Notes: generated by a model not told the origin, from the sequence alone. Positions 1 through 14,629 are shown, numbered from the whole stretch's first letter. The stretch: DNA of 60,041 nucleotides, filler included, from Basidiobolus ranarum (GCA_040143965.1; 6 parts of 6 records of this genome joined end to end with filler, not necessarily neighbours in it), one strand, 5' to 3'. A program made the numbers and translations.

Positions 1-105
1 AGAAGACATGCGGGGTTCTTTGTTAAGCATAGAGGGAAGCCCTAAATTAGATAATGTTGGGAGTGCTGTGGGGAAACCTACTGGATAAGACATTGGATGT
101 GACAT
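1..105 (-). CDS. Possible 5' end of an unidentified gene running off the left edge (MSHPMSYPVGFPTALPTLSNLGLPSMLNKEPRMSS...)
   Basis: ATG at 105-103 in an ACAATG context, open for 35 codons to the window edge and preceded on the minus strand by pyrimidine-rich UTR-like sequence. No domain recognised. Confidence 0.3.
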   Translation of the reverse strand, partial: MSHPMSYPVGFPTALPTLSNLGLPSMLNKEPRMSS

Positions 106-3100
106 TGTTTCAGGTAAGTGTTGAACTGTCAGTTCACGAAGTGAATAGAATCTGGTGAAGCAATCTGCTGTATTGAATATTTTCAGAAAATAGAAGATAT
201 TGCTATGGGGAATACGTTGACACTAACTGCAATCAACACAATGTAGTGATAAAAGGTTCAAAAGAGAAAAATGATAATTATGGAGGGAACAGACAGAGAG
301 AAACTCAAAAGCAGGAACAAGTTTGAAGAATAAAAAATCGGTGTATCAAAATTAGGGGGGTAGGCATGTCTTCAAATAGAATGATCAAGGGAAGAGAAAA
401 AATAAATGATTCTAATTATGCATCATTTGATTGTATTCATGAACCTAGCGAATAGAATACCAGAGCCAACCATAGATTCCTCCCAATTGAGTCTCCTGGT
501 CAATAGCTGATATTTTTATGTATCAAATCCACGTAATATGAGGGGCCACAGTATATTATTGAAATACGAGATTAATAATTTGGAGATCACTATCATGATT
601 GCCCCTAGCTAATCGAACAATCGATCCTCCCAAGATGTTCATTCAGATTTCTTGACCAGTCTGATCAAGTTGGGGTTGTAGCGTAGATACCCCGTGATGT
701 CCGTCACTGCATCTCTAGTTCAAGACAAGTAATGGATGATAACAGAAGTGAGCTTTAACATTATATCTGGGTAGGATGTTTCTCAGAGCTCTAACCAAGA
801 ATTCAACCAGCACCAAGGCTGAATTCCAACATAACATCACACTATGGTTGAATTCATGCCGTTTTGAGGCTGGCTGGTACACTTCACAAACCTCAAAAGA
901 TGTTCTGGCTCATAGTTGATCTGGAATTATCCTGTGGCTGGAATGCGAGCTTATGAAACCCACATATGAACTAATACAGGCATTGTAATGATTGGTAATG
1001 TGAAGAAAGTGTGCTTATCTATCAATACAGGAAATGGAATCGCGATTTGGGATGTCCCAGGATCATAATTGTCGCTTATTTGGGTTCATTTTCCATCAAT
1101 CTAGAGATTTATAATCTTGCACATCATGTCCATTTATCATATATCCGACTAGCCAATGGCTGCAAGCTCTGCTGGTATCGCAAAGTCTATTATTAGCCTG
1201 TATAAATCACAGTGGGACTGTAGGGAGAGCCGTTAAACATGGGAGTAGTAATGTACAGTCATTGAGATTTTGATTTCGTGCGAGGGAACAGATGGCTCTT
1301 CGCTATTTTAGCGTATTACCTTCATGCCCTGTTTCCCATTATGGTGGAGTTTGGGAATCTTGGCAAATATGGGCGAATCAGCATCGTCGACACCTGGGGC
1401 CAATGGAAAGGACGCCGGAGCATTTCGTATGACCCTGTGACATTGGTAGGGTTTCTAGACCATGTATCGACGATTTGTAAGATTGGGTTTGGGGTGTGTG
1501 ACCTTTGTCCTGATTTCAAATTGATCATGTACCGTGGTTCTTGAATTGAATCTAGATTAATCTATCGAACCCACCACTCCTGCGAAATAGGAGTGAGTGT
1601 CACTTTCGGGCCAGATTCGAGTGTGTCCGCCATTGAGGATCTCGATTAATCGGAGATTTTTGTCTATCCGTGATGTCTTAAGTAGGACAGTAAGTGGCGA
1701 TGGCTACCTATGGTTTGAGATAAATCGTAACCATTGGTTGCTGAGCAATCCAATGCACTAGTCATTTCATCACCTAATACCCATGCAGGAGCAGCCATTG
1801 GCCGTTGATGATCACCCTGATATTATGTATATATCTGTTTGTACTCTATGTGAGTCTTTGACCAGCCACAGTGTAATTTGAGTGATGGTGGACTATGAAA
1901 GGCCTGATGTGAGATTTTGTTTCTCCACGTTGTTCCATTTCCACGTAGAATGGTCAAATTCTATCTATGAGTGGTGGAAGAGATACCGATTTTGTTTGAG
2001 GATCGATGGGCGATGACACACACGTAGCATCTGATTGTATGAATCTTAGAGCAAGCAGATTGAGCATAGCTGAGATGTCTAAATCTTTTGATGATTTGTT
2101 TGGGTCTGTTTCTTATGCCATTTGCTGCCAATTGTCAACGGTCCGTTAATGATGAGACACACCTCTTTCAGATAGGGCTTTGGGTATTTCCCACACACTC
2201 TCCAGTGTTTATCGATTGAAACGACTGAGCTTTGGTAATCTGAATGTACATTCATCCATGTGTAAGTTACTGACCTACTTAAGCTATCAAGACTTACGTA
2301 ATATGTTGCAATTCAACCTTATACAATAATCGCATCCATTTAAATAGAAATATCCCCAATTAAGTCGACTTGGCTTATATAAGTTTATCTAAAATGCTTG
2401 ATTAGAACACTCCACCAATGCTGTATTCAGGGTTTGGTTTTAGTTACTAGTATATATTCATAGTACTGATGTCAGTATATCATCTTGTTTCCAAACTCAA
2501 AATTATTTACGGCTGATATCACCTGTATTTTGAATCTCTCCTACATGTAGTTAGACTGGTATTTAGCTTAGCCGGGCACTTATTTCGGTAATTAGTGCAT
2601 TAAAGCCTTATCTTGCTCATACACTAAGTATTGTCCTTGAAGCATCTGCAGTCATAGTATAGCATGATCATGTTACAGAGCCAATTCGCATCTTAGTGGC
2701 ACAGACTTGTGTTGGAATCAGTGCCTCTTAATTCTGGGCAATCGACAGTGTCCGATTTGAGGCTCTGAAATTTTCTTAAATAACTCACGTATTTTAGGGT
2801 GCCAAAAGTGTGCAAGTAGACATGTATCAAATGAGGATGGGCGAAATAATAACCAATTTACACATATATACGTCCAAACAACTCGGGCGCTGAACAATGA
2901 AGCGGCATTTCAGAATCGACAAATACTGACTGTAATCCATCGCACAATGTGATCTTCAGATTCATCAAACCCAGTACCAAAGCCATTTGCATAGTAAAAC
3001 TAGATTGCCAGCAAAAATGATTGTTTCATCGAGGCTGAAAAAGAGCTGCACTCTCTCCTTTTATGATGCAAAATAATTACTTCCATAAACGTATTTAAGA

Positions 3101-4467
3101 TACTACTTTATATCTTATTATAGGATATGTGGTGGTAGCCTTTCAGACCTTAGTTAAAGCGTCGAGTAAAAGCTGGTTGATGATCTGTTGCACTCCGCTC
3201 AAATTATAGCGTATTCTATTCGGTAAATCTGATATCCTGTTTAGCTTGCTAGAAGCCTGGATAGAAAATATCTACTCGGCATTAATTAACGAGCTTGTAG
3301 CACCATTCATGAATATCATATTGTCTTGTTATTGTTATGGAGTCCCTAGATGATATCTGAAAAATCATGTATTACTTGTTCCACTTTACAGTGCCACATA
3401 GTACTTCATACTTGATGTTGGTGGAAATAATGTAAAACATGATTCAGTTCAGTACCCTTAGTTCGATCTATTTCCATATAGCCCCTGATCCAATCAAACA
3501 AACTTTATGTCACACTATCTCTCAAGTCAACTAACATACTGTTTTGAGCTTTGAGTGTCTGAAGCCTACTATTTTCTATTATATGATGGTAAAGCAATTT
3601 TAAAAGCTACTGCAGTCTCGGATATCGATTTCTTGAAAACAGGTTTCTCAAGGTTTATGATATTCCTTGTATATATTCAGAATGTAGCTTATTCTATTAT
3701 TCCACACTCATTTTGAATGCAAATTGTTTACCATGTTAGTTTAATTGATCTCAAAAACAAGCAATGATACCTCTTATAAGATAGTTTTAATTTTCAGAGC
3801 AGTTATCTCAAGAATACTATACAGCTATGAATCTGACACTACAAAAATTATGTTGACAAATGGCCTCCGGACTTCACCCTATTACAGACAGGTATAGTTC
3901 AACTTACTAGTTTTTTTGAAAAGTTTAAGGATTTGAAAGAACTTGAGGTTTTGGGGCAATTGCATCTACACTAAGATAACTAAAGTCATACGGATTTTTA
4001 TATGATTAGCGCTTGTGTTATGTATGTTTTTACTGTTTTTAGTGAGATGTTTCTATTCAATAAGATGAAATAAGCTAATTTAAATGAGTTCATTTATTTC
4101 AGAATTTTGTATCGCACAGGTTTTGGGTTAGAGATGTCATCATCTGTCCAAGCTTAATATGGTTTCCAGCGGTATTACCACTCTTTTTTATTCTGATATA
4201 TTTATAATTTTTTACATAGCTTGAGGGAGCTTAGAAATAACCAACACGCAAAGAAAAGTATTTAACTGAATAGAAGGAAACTAGATTTTAACATGAAATC
4301 ATAAACAAAATAAAGAGGACTATAGTAAAGTATGTAATATATATTCAAGTTATGCTAAAATGATAAGCCTGTATATAGAGAAGTTATCGATGCAGTAAAT
4401 ACCATGTCGTCATGAGAACGAAGAGCTGAAAGTTTGTTCAGTGTTCCTGTAGACTTAAAGAGTTCTT

Positions 4468-7400
4468 TTAACTGGCGCTTTTCCGAGTTCTTAGCTTCCT
4501 TTGGGGCTTCGTTTCACCATTATCATTGACCTCGTCGCAAACCCGTTTTGAAGTATTACTTCTCGTCTGCCTAGTAACTCGTGAACTCGCATGATTGATC
4601 TCCGCTTCTGCTTCTTCTATATCGATAGGCTTGTGTCGTGTTGAGTTACGAGTACGCAAACTGTGTCTCTTATTTGATGGAGGAGATTTATCTATTGAAG
4701 ATATTGGAAGTTTGTCCTCAGTGTCCGATTCCTGATCATCAGCAATAACTCTTTTTGATCGACGTGTCGGCTTTGTTTTAGAAGTAGCTTCATTCTCGGT
4801 CTCACTGTTGTTGGCTTCTTCTATGATGACCTTTTTTCGAGATTTTCGATCTCGCAGATTTACTTGACGTTCTAGTTTTGTGTTTGAGAAGTCTGTCACT
4901 TCTTCTGCAAGTTTTTCGATGGGTGGTTTATAACCTTCGATATCCCTGATACACATATCTATGTTCACATTAAGCGAGGAAAAGGTGCAAATGTTATCGT
5001 CAAAATCCTCTTGAAAATTGGTTGTACGCAACCAACGAGCTCGTTTCTCTATATCTACTGGAAGTTTTGATAAGTCACCATCTTCGATTTCATTTACTTG
5101 CGTAAATAGTAATTTTATATAAGAAAGATGCTCAGCTACTGTAGAGTCTATTTCAATTTTCGGCAATTGAACGTTTTCCAGTATCGAAGATAAGATAGAT
5201 GTTAGTTGCTCAATTTGTTTGTGAATAGTATTTTTGAGATCCTGTATGAATACAATTGGCTCTATCGAATTCGGCTTTTGTAAATCTTCTTCAATAGCCG
5301 TATTCAGAGGTGTATTAGCGTTCACAGGCAACGTTTGATTTGGACTTGCAAGTTCTAGATTGTCAGCTTGAGACTTAGTTGCCTCAGCCTTTGGTAATAT
5401 GATTGCTGGCGAAAATAGCTGCATATTTGAATCTTTTGAAGAATCTGTGGGAACGGCGTTAGAGGCAGGCATGGTTGAAATTTGATTATAGGATTGCCCA
5501 ATCTCTCTGCTTAACCAACTACGGAATCTCTCCAGGGAATTTATAAACTGCGGCCTCATTGATGTTAGCATGGAGCGGAGACTCTTTTCACGAATTCCAC
5601 GACTATTCAAAGGTCTGAGTAAAAGTAACAGTTGCCTACTATCGTCCATATAATACCATTTAGTTATCGGGCTCCTGTGGTTATACATTACCTTTTGTGC
5701 TTTCGTTGTGTGGCCATCGATCTGGAACGAATTATCAACCTCGCGCTTTGAAGAGTCAAGTGGGTACTCGACTGCTTCGGGGTACTGGTGTTCTTCTATA
5801 AGAATTCCACCAATAGGTTTCCAGTGCCAGTAAGCTCGTGCGTAACGGTCATAACCGATAAGTAAGATTTCCTGCGAAGTGGGATCGATGCCTCGACTGG
5901 GCACTATTCCACCACGATATTTGGAGGATATAGATTCTACTTGTGATTGATATGAAAGGTCTTTAGTGCTAAGGTCGGAAATGGACTTCCTCTTATTCTC
6001 ACGTTGACGTGTCAACTTTTCGCTATCCTTGGCCAATTTCGTGCACTTTCCTTTCAATGTAGCCACGAGTTTCTTTCTGGACATTTCCTCTGCCAATATC
6101 TTTTGACGTGGTGTCCGTTTGTCATGTTGCTTCTGTTTCTCCTGTTTCTCCGGCACTTCGTAGGTTCCCTCGTCAAATGAAACCGATGGTGATTCATTGT
6201 CAACACCCTCATCTCCTTCATCGTCTGATGAACGAACTCTGGCCAACCTTTTTAGCTCTTCTTGAGTATCGGTGACACACTTTTCGATGGCTTGAATATT
6301 TCTAGTGAGATCGGCGATTTGATTTTCAAGCTGACGTCGAATATCAGTACGTTCTCTCTTTTCTCTTCTCAACTGAGACATCCGCTCATCCACTCCGGTG
6401 TGCAAATACTGACTAAACTGATCCGTATCCATGGCAAGATCTATCAAATAACTAAGAGCTCTTAATCGATCTCTGGGTAGAATGTTTGGAAATTCAGTTG
6501 TAGCAAAGGCATTGCTTTTCTCTGGAAGAATCTCTCCAATGTACCATTGAAAATTGACAGGATTCACCGAGGGTAATTGAAGTGAATCCTGATAATCCTC
6601 TTCAGACTCGATAAACTCGATCAAGTTACAAATCAACCGAAGGCCATCTTTGTTGATGGTAGCTGTATTACAAATCAAGTCCTCCAAAATCTCTACAACA
6701 TCCAAAATCTATTAGGATCCCCATGGGTTTTCAGAGGTAATAATAAATGGTAATTACTGTAAGAGTAATCTTCCGTCTTCATATTCAAGACGTCTGATGA
6801 AAACTTACAAAAGAAGTCATGAGCCATCATCAATTGCGCCCATTCATCCATCATTAAATGAAGTCCGTCATTAGGTATATTGAGCTCTTCGAACTTCGGA
6901 AGCGGTGTGCTATGAAGCAATAGAATAGGATCCAAATCATCACTAATCGGTGGCAGTTTGAGAACTCCAGGCTGTAAACAATCGCGTAGATCAGGCCTTT
7001 TTTCAATCATACCTTTCACCTTAGACATTCTATTAATATATGATGGATAGCATTCTCTAGAGTGTCAGTATAAATACCGTAGGACCTGGCGATGAGTACG
7101 TTGAGCCTGTTGAATTATTAGGTCGTTCGGGAATAGGTGATGATGTTACAGAAGCGGTAGATACAAGAGAAATAGCCTGTTGATAAGAACCAAGACGAAA
7201 GTATGAATTACTACATAAGACAATATAAGTAAATCAATATTGCATTTTTGAAATAATGTACCTCATCTTCGGAGGAATCTATAATTTCAATTAGCTGAGG
7301 GATGGTAGGATTTATTCCTGGTTGCTCAATCGAGGTCTGTCGTTTAGATAGCCATTAGTTAATCATTAAGGGTGAATTGTAAAAGGAAAGCTAAAATTAG

Positions 7401-7709
7401 CAAAAAAAAACATTCTCGTGTTTCCTCAAAATGAATTCATTAATATAACAACATTGAACCAACCTTAGTCGATGGGGTATGTTCTTTGGGATAGAGGTGA
7501 GTTTGGAAGTAATTATTTAAAGGATTTCTCTGTGTAGTAGCCGGATATAGATCTACTGTATTAGAGTGTGAAGATACGTGTTTGCTTTTCTTTATCGAGG
7601 TAGTTGTAGTTCCGTTCAAATTTTGTCCAATTGGTAAAGATACAATTCTCTCAGTTAAATCGTCGTCTTCAAGGTCAATCACAGTCACATTTCTACTTGG
7701 TGCACTCAT
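4468..7709 (-). CDS. Multi-exon DDT / WHIM1 / WSD domain chromatin-remodelling accessory protein (ISWI partner type)
   Basis: DDT-like EWAQLMMAHDFFCKF, WHIM1-like LPRDRLRALSYLIDLAMDT, WSD-like IGYDRYARAYWHW and WYYMDD...LNSRGIREKSL, and a basic C-terminal tail. The ORFs at 7440-7709, 6693-7028 and 4468-6705 join through GT-AG introns (for example 6758-6693 gives YSY-K-ILEDL). Confidence 0.75.
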
Positions 7710-9003
7710 TTATTACGAAACAAGTGGTGATATGAATAAATGAAGTTAAGTTGGTGAGTTCAAAGGAGAATCGGCCATAAATAAACAGTGGTTTTTTGAG
7801 ACTAGGTTGGCTTGAGACACCCACCTGTTTTTGCTCACCAAAGTGCTTGAGTATGAATAAATCAATTTCTGATTAGAGTTGAATTTTAATTTAGTTCAAT
7901 GACTATCCCTCAATGTCGCGAAATGGCTTAAACTTTGAATGAGTTTTTGGGTTGAATCACATTTGTTTGTATTCAAACAATTTTACGGCTGTTCATTGGC
8001 CTTGTTATGTTTTGCTTGCCTAAAATTGGGACATAGCAGTATGATCAACTTTGGCCAAGTCAATTGCTTTTTTAGGGAGAGATTGCATCATGCAAGGTTA
8101 AATACACCCTGAATCTTGCTCCCTACTCGCGTTTGGACTGCATGCATTTCTGACTGCAATATTTTACAGCGAGAATTATTGGTACTATTACCATCTACAA
8201 AGATCTTCACCGTGTAAGACTGTAACCAGTCTTTCTTGCATAAGACTAACAACAGCTAAGCGTTTGGAGAGTATAGTATTGAGTATCTATATTATTAATT
8301 GTGTGATTAAAACAATGTATCCGGTACCGATTACACTCAAACGGCGGTATGGTTTTCTCTTCATTGCAATATGGGCTAAGGAGCACTAGAAGCTAATCCA
8401 GGCTATCATAGCAGGTGATCCAACAACCCCAGACATCAATCCATATGTCAATGTTAAACGTATGTAAATAGCTCAATTATCTGCATAATTCATTTAGTAG
8501 TTTCTCGAAAACTGGCTTGAACGTACATGTCCATCGCTGACCGGTATTCCAGAAACCGATGACTTATTTGCGTTCAAAGACACCGAAATTCCAGATATAA
8601 GAAGGTCTAGTTGCACAGCATAAGTTAAATACCGGCTGATAATGGGATGAATTTGGTGACTGAAACAGTTTGTAATTGCTGACTTCATCAATTTCAAAGT
8701 AATGGTCATCACACGTTAGATTATTTTAACATTATTTCTAACATTCAATATTTCCACAAATACTTGTGACCGTTCCACTGACCACAACTTCAGAGCGCCA
8801 TCATTTCGGCGCATAGAAATTTCCCATTCCAGATAAACATATAAAAACAGTTGTTCATTCAACAGAAATTAATCAACAACAACTTACTGGGCCAATCATA
8901 CGAAAGTCTACTCTGTACCCCAAGTATTAACTTGTCAATACGACAGTGAATGCTTCTTGATTACCTTTGTTCGTAGCAAGCCAGTACGGATTAGTTCAAA
9001 CAC

Positions 9004-9960
9004 ATGGCTACTGAATCTAGAAAAAGCGCTCCTTTACTTAGTCCCAAAGCTGAATCCCAATTTCCAATCTCTCACAGAAAATTCAAACCTTTACCAAATA
9101 TCCCTAAAGGTCCTCGTGGACTCCTTTCACCACAAATCCCCCACGCTGAATCTTATCACCTCGAAACCGAATCAGCCCATGATTTTGATGCGGAACGAGC
9201 GAAAAAAATAGTTTCTGTTCAACAATTCCACACCAACTCACAAGCAAAAATATTGGATACTTCGATTAATCCTATCACTAAAATATATAACAAAGACCTA
9301 CCCAATGCGTTGAGTAGACTACATGTAACTTCTGATTCGTCTAAAAGCCCCTTCAAGCTGTCTTTCGAGAAGCATATCAATGGTAACTACTTTACTTTCA
9401 AATTGACAAAATTCAATAGTTAAACAATTTTTTTCAAAGCCGATAGAAGTATAGTACCAAGTAAAACCGAAGTTTTGTTACCATCTCCGAAATTAGCGCG
9501 GGTTAACTTACAAAATGAAGTATTATTTCAACCATCATTTCTGAATAATAAGGTAAATCAATCAATATTTACGCGACTTGATATCAATTCCCGCGTATTA
9601 AATATTACTTTCACAGCCTTATAAATCAAAAACTACGACTGTTGTTCAACAAATAGACTCTCACGAAAACTCATCGTTGAATGAGCCCAGGGAATTAAAT
9701 ATTAAAAGCTCTTACGTGGTTGAAAAGCATCAAAAAAAGGCAGCGTTATTCACTAAAAATGAAAAAAATCTCACATCAATTAAGTCTGAAGTCCACTCCT
9801 TCCAAGAAAGTGCTTTGTCGAAGTTGTCAAAATCTGAAATAGTAGGTGAAAGAGAGATTCCTGTTTCTAACGCTAAAGTACCAACTCCTCTCGTTATATC
9901 AAACCAACATCCGCCTGCCATAATGGAGCTTAAACCAGCCCTACATTTGAACACCCCAGT
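9004..9960 (+). CDS. 5' portion of an intron-containing gene encoding a low-complexity protein of unknown function, cut by the spacer
   Basis: ORFs at 9004-9423 and 9677-9960 with GT..AG introns near 9383-9439 and 9553-9616. No domain recognised. Confidence 0.5.
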
Positions 9961-10060
9961 NNNNNNNNNNNNNNNNNNNNNNNNNNNNNNNNNNNNNNNN
10001 NNNNTTAATTAATTAANNNNNNNNNNNNNNNNNNNNNNNNNNNNNNNNNNNNNNNNNNNN
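9961..10060. other. Artificial contig-joining spacer N44-TTAATTAATTAA-N44
   Basis: Exactly 100 nt; the central 12-mer gives stops in all six frames; repeated identically five times in the window. Confidence 0.98.
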
Positions 10061-10071
10061 ACTTCCCTCAG

Positions 10072-10455
10072 CTTCTATCCACTTTTCCCGGCAACTAACA
10101 ATGAGAGCAACGTAGACTTCCAACATTTGGAAAGTACTCTCTCCATCAATCCAGCACCTGATGTCTTAATCCTCCCGTCTCAACTACGCTATTTTGTAAA
10201 GGTAATTAGTTATTGTTGATTTGCGATTATAGCAAAGCGTCGATTTAAAAAAATATTTTTCCATTTCAATCATAGAATGTTGAAAATGTCGTGTGTGTTA
10301 ATCCAGGACAACTCACACGTAAACAAATAGGCGGAACGTTTGCGAAGATAAGCATTCATCCGTTGCCTAAAGAGACTCTGTCCTCAGAACCTATAGATTC
10401 ATTGAAATTCCACGAAATCCATAACAGAACCAAAGTAGAAATAGTTAGAATTTAA
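10072..10455 (+). CDS. POL12: 3' exons of DNA polymerase alpha-primase B subunit
   Basis: Exons 10072-10201 and 10276-10455 translate to FYPLFP...PDVLILPSQLRYFVK|NVENVVCVNPGQL...GGTFAKISI...RTKVEIVRI*, the characteristic POLA2/Pol12 C-terminus. Not shown in the ORF track. Confidence 0.9.
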
Positions 10456-13400
10456 ATAATTCCAATGTATAGTTTATTATTGCTTTGCCATTTATTCATT
10501 TATTCCATTTCAATCTACCAACTATTCTCTTTTAGATAAAGTTTACTTTCTTTACTCAATCATCTATTTTTCCAAACTGAGCCTCAGTTTTTTCACCAAG
10601 TAGGATTCAATATCATTGATCTTAGTCTATTCTTGTTAATCGTATTTGAGAAATGTTGAATATGCAGTATGTTGATCGGGTTAAGCCTGATTAGCGTACA
10701 ACCCTGGTGATGGGTGTATACTCCAATCTTGAGTTGAGTTTATGTATCACCATCCAACTTGGATGAACATATCTTACATACCGGTAGGTAGAGCCGAGTT
10801 GCTGCATGGTTTCACAAAATCTCAAGACTTGTGTATCTACAATTGTGACTCATCAAACTGCTTGTATGCCTGTAGCATCCTAGATTTGGTCGATCTGGCT
10901 TAACTTTTTAAACCATGTCTGATATACTGGAAGGTTTACACTGACTATACGCTACGTAATTTAAGATTTGGCCTTTGGGGATTCGATGCGCTACAAGGTA
11001 AGCAAACGACACTTACATCCGAGGTGGATATTTGAACACTGATTGATTCTAGAAGTACTGCCTCATAAACGAAGAATATCCAGTTCCAAACCATGACAAC
11101 TTTGATGTGAGATTCTTTTGTCTTGACTCGACTACCTAATCCCTGCCATACGCAACAAGACACCGCCCGTTTATTACTACCTAGCCACTTTCCCCCTGTC
11201 TACATTCGTTCAACTAATACCCCGTCAGTAATATAACTAGCCCATTTTCCGTCAAGTGTCGCCTAACGCTCATCGAGTTCTGTTCTACTCGTTTCTCAGA
11301 AACACACCAACTTGTTGTGACAATCAAAACCTAATTCTTCATTTGTAGAGATATGAAAGTAGCATTTCCTTAGTTGATATAGTAATATTGTTATAACTTC
11401 CATGAAATCAACTTCCAATAAACTCACCCTTAGAAGTTGAACTCCGTACGTGGATTAATCCAGCAACACAAAGATACTCTAGTCTTCAGCATGATGTTCT
11501 TGGCTAAAGAAGAGCATCTTTATCAAAGCTGAAGCTACATCATATAGTGAACAGTCATGTCAAACACCTTATGAGAACTCTATTTTCTTAAGACCTTGTG
11601 CAATAGGCCTCAAACAATAAAAGATAATGATTTTTACTAATATTTTTGAGGAGTTAGTAAACGGGGTGCTTTGCTCACGGCTACCAGCCTCAGAGTGTTT
11701 TCTAAATGTCGCTGCCACCCTCCATGCTATTCTTAGGGTATTTCAGAGGACTGTCGAATTGGATTAACTCATGGAGTGCTTCATCCATCTAAATGATTTG
11801 TCATACGTAAATATGGTCCACAGTAGCATTATTGACTTGACTACGTGACTTACACGTAATCTCTGAGCCATCAGGCGGATCCAGAATTATTTACTAGATC
11901 GCTTTCTATTCGTGAGTCTATTTCCATATTGTTGAACACTGGGCCATACATCATTTCATCAATGCTTCCAACCCCTCACTGTCGCCGTTGTAATAGAAAT
12001 TCAACGTGCGGCTGAATGGTTAGTATTCTTTTAAGCTTGATCTCATCTTGACCTCAGGTTCCATATATGGCAATCTATCTAGTGCGGCCAATGTTGCTAC
12101 AACCACTTTTGCCAATGATTACTGAATAAGGGTCCTGTGCGACTGACAAGACATTCCAAGACCCTAAACCTCCGTAGATTTCACCAAAAACCTGAGATAT
12201 ACTGGAACTTTCTTTTGATCACCAAGACATTTAAGTACATATCACTGGAGGGCTGAGGAATCCATTCCCGAAAACCTGTCAACCATATGATGTGCCTGTT
12301 TGGCTTTAGTCGATTGTGTTAGATCATTGACTGCACAAGCCTAACCTCATAATGGCAGAATAATAGAGACGCCAAACAATTTCACAATCCTGAACAAAAC
12401 GGACACCTGGGTGTACATGAAACAAGAACAGAACTCGGGCTTTGTCTCAGAATCAGGTTTTCTAACCTCGATAAATCTCTGGTGCATTTACAATCTACCA
12501 ACACTCCCACATCCACACTCAGCAACCTTGGCTGAGCATTAGCCAAACATCATTGGAGTCCGATATTTCAATCTAAATCCACGCCAATACTCAATCAATC
12601 CAATCTTCCAGAAAATTTAGAGCAATATACACTCCTTCTGGTTGGTCAATATTTTTATTTTATATGGAGATCTATTTTTATCTATCAAGAGATCTTTCCC
12701 CTATTTTTAAACAGGCACAACGGCTCCGATGCATCTTTTCATATTGAGACTGTTGACTTTTTTTTGCGGTTATTTTGGGTGATTTCTAACTTTCCTAGTA
12801 GTCGGAAAATATCTTTGATTTGATGTCAAAGTTTTACATGCAAAGCAGCGCCTAACTGAAAGTAGATCAACGAAGATTGGCTGAGTAGTTGTGAGATACC
12901 CTTCAAATATCATGATGAGGTAATGAATCTTTCCAGCTGGATCGCACGTGTAACATCAGTACTTGTGAGACCATCATCGTGCAGCGTCAAAGTCGTTTCA
13001 GCAGCCAATTCCATTCCAACCTCAAATGGTCTCAACGTATATTGGCGTTTATCTCCACAAGTTCATACGCTCTTGACGGAAACGAGCAATGGAATCGCTT
13101 CGGAGTGTGGGCCACCAATACACGAGAAACCTCTATTTTAAGACTTTGTGAATGCATTTCCAGGTGTGCCCTTGTGTCACCATCCTTGATTATTACTGTA
13201 ACAGGTGTGGCAACCGTTCAGAATTCTGCACGAAATGTAGAGCTTATTTCCTAGTCATTGGCCTTCATCGACATCAGCACAGCCAAACAGGAATAAACTC
13301 TGAAATGATAAGCGCCGACCTTTGATCCCTCCAGCTGCGCATGAATCAAGCTGCCTCTCGGGTAAAAGCAATGAATTCGAAGATCATGCCCAAGTGGGGT

Positions 13401-13614
13401 GGAATGATCGTATAGAGCGGAGTTGTGGAGGAAAATACTTAAATAGGTGCACTTCCCACCTATTCCAAACATCATCTTCGGTGCTCTTGAGTATAGATAC
13501 TTGATTTTACTAATTTCTGGTTAACCTCTGTCCTCTCTTTCTATTTTGTCTATTGCTATTGTACTATCAACGTAAATATCTCGTGATATATACTTCATTC
13601 ACCTGGATTCAAAC

Positions 13615-14629
13615 ATGCTAAGAGACTCTTACCCGCCGTTACACCTCTACAAAATTGCTGGCTATGACACCGTCCCTCGTAGAGTGAAAATCACTCGTAT
13701 ACAAATGATATTTTTCATTGTGACAGGGATGCTCTTGATCTCAGGATTTCTTCGGTTTGCTGATGATAATTTTCAGCTTTCACAAGGTAAATTTTGGTCT
13801 TAGTTCATGGTTTTAGGAAATATTTACTGATCTATCTAATCCATCTATAGAGCCTCCACTGAAATTTACCATTGTAACTGCCGCAAGTGAAAATCATTGG
13901 TGCCCGTTGCAGGGATTTCTATTCTCCTTGAAAAATACTTTGGATTTTCTTCCTGCCAACCTGAAGCCTCAGATAATAGTCTACGACCTTGGACTGAATC
14001 AAGGTCAACGTCAAGAGTTGCGAAATATTAGAGACAATGAGGGATTACTGGATCAACTGGTAACCTTTAACTATTCGATGTATCCATCATTTTGGAATTT
14101 GAAAGAGAATCGTGGAGAATATGCTTGGAAAGCTGGAATCATCAGCGAAGTGAGTAAATCAAATCCAGGCATCGTGTTATGGATGGATTCCGGTAACCGA
14201 GTGTTCCCAAATTTCTTGGTAGATATTGTAGATTTCATCAAGAAACACGGATTTTACAGCCCTACCAGTTCCGGGAATGTCCGGAAATGGACGCACCCCG
14301 GGCTTTTCGATTTCTTCCAAGATGATTTCGAGAGTTATGCTGAAGAGGTTAACTGCAATGGGGCCTTTATCGGGGTCGATTCCAACAATCCAGAAGTAAG
14401 AGATACTTTAATAGAGCCATTTGTTGAGTGCGCGAGAAACAAGGAATGCATTGCCCCGGAAGGCTCATCCCGCGCTAATCACCGCCAAGATCAATCAGTG
14501 CTCACGTATCTGGTTCTTAAGAGCAAGTTCCGGTGCTCTGCGGAACGTTTAACTGGCCTTATGATCCACCAAGATAGTGATTGCAAATCACAGATTGAGG
14601 GGCACCTTCGAAAACTGGAATATTCATGA
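13615..14629 (+). CDS. DUF1647-like type II membrane protein (putative glycosyltransferase fold), paralog 1
   Basis: N-terminal TM helix, intron 13787-13850, then TIVTAASENHW, IIVYDLGL, FNYSMYP, YAWKAGII, LWMDSG and NHRQDQSVL motifs. Confidence 0.75.

Noticed and set aside
6693-6760. Apparent frameshift between the two DDT-gene ORFs
   Set aside because: Resolved by using the TAG acceptor at 6695-6693, which gives in-frame YSY-K-ILEDL.
10005-10016. TTAATTAATTAA palindromic motif recurring about every 10 kb
   Set aside because: Always embedded in N runs of fixed length, so it is a synthetic six-frame-stop linker and not a biological repeat or CRISPR-like array.
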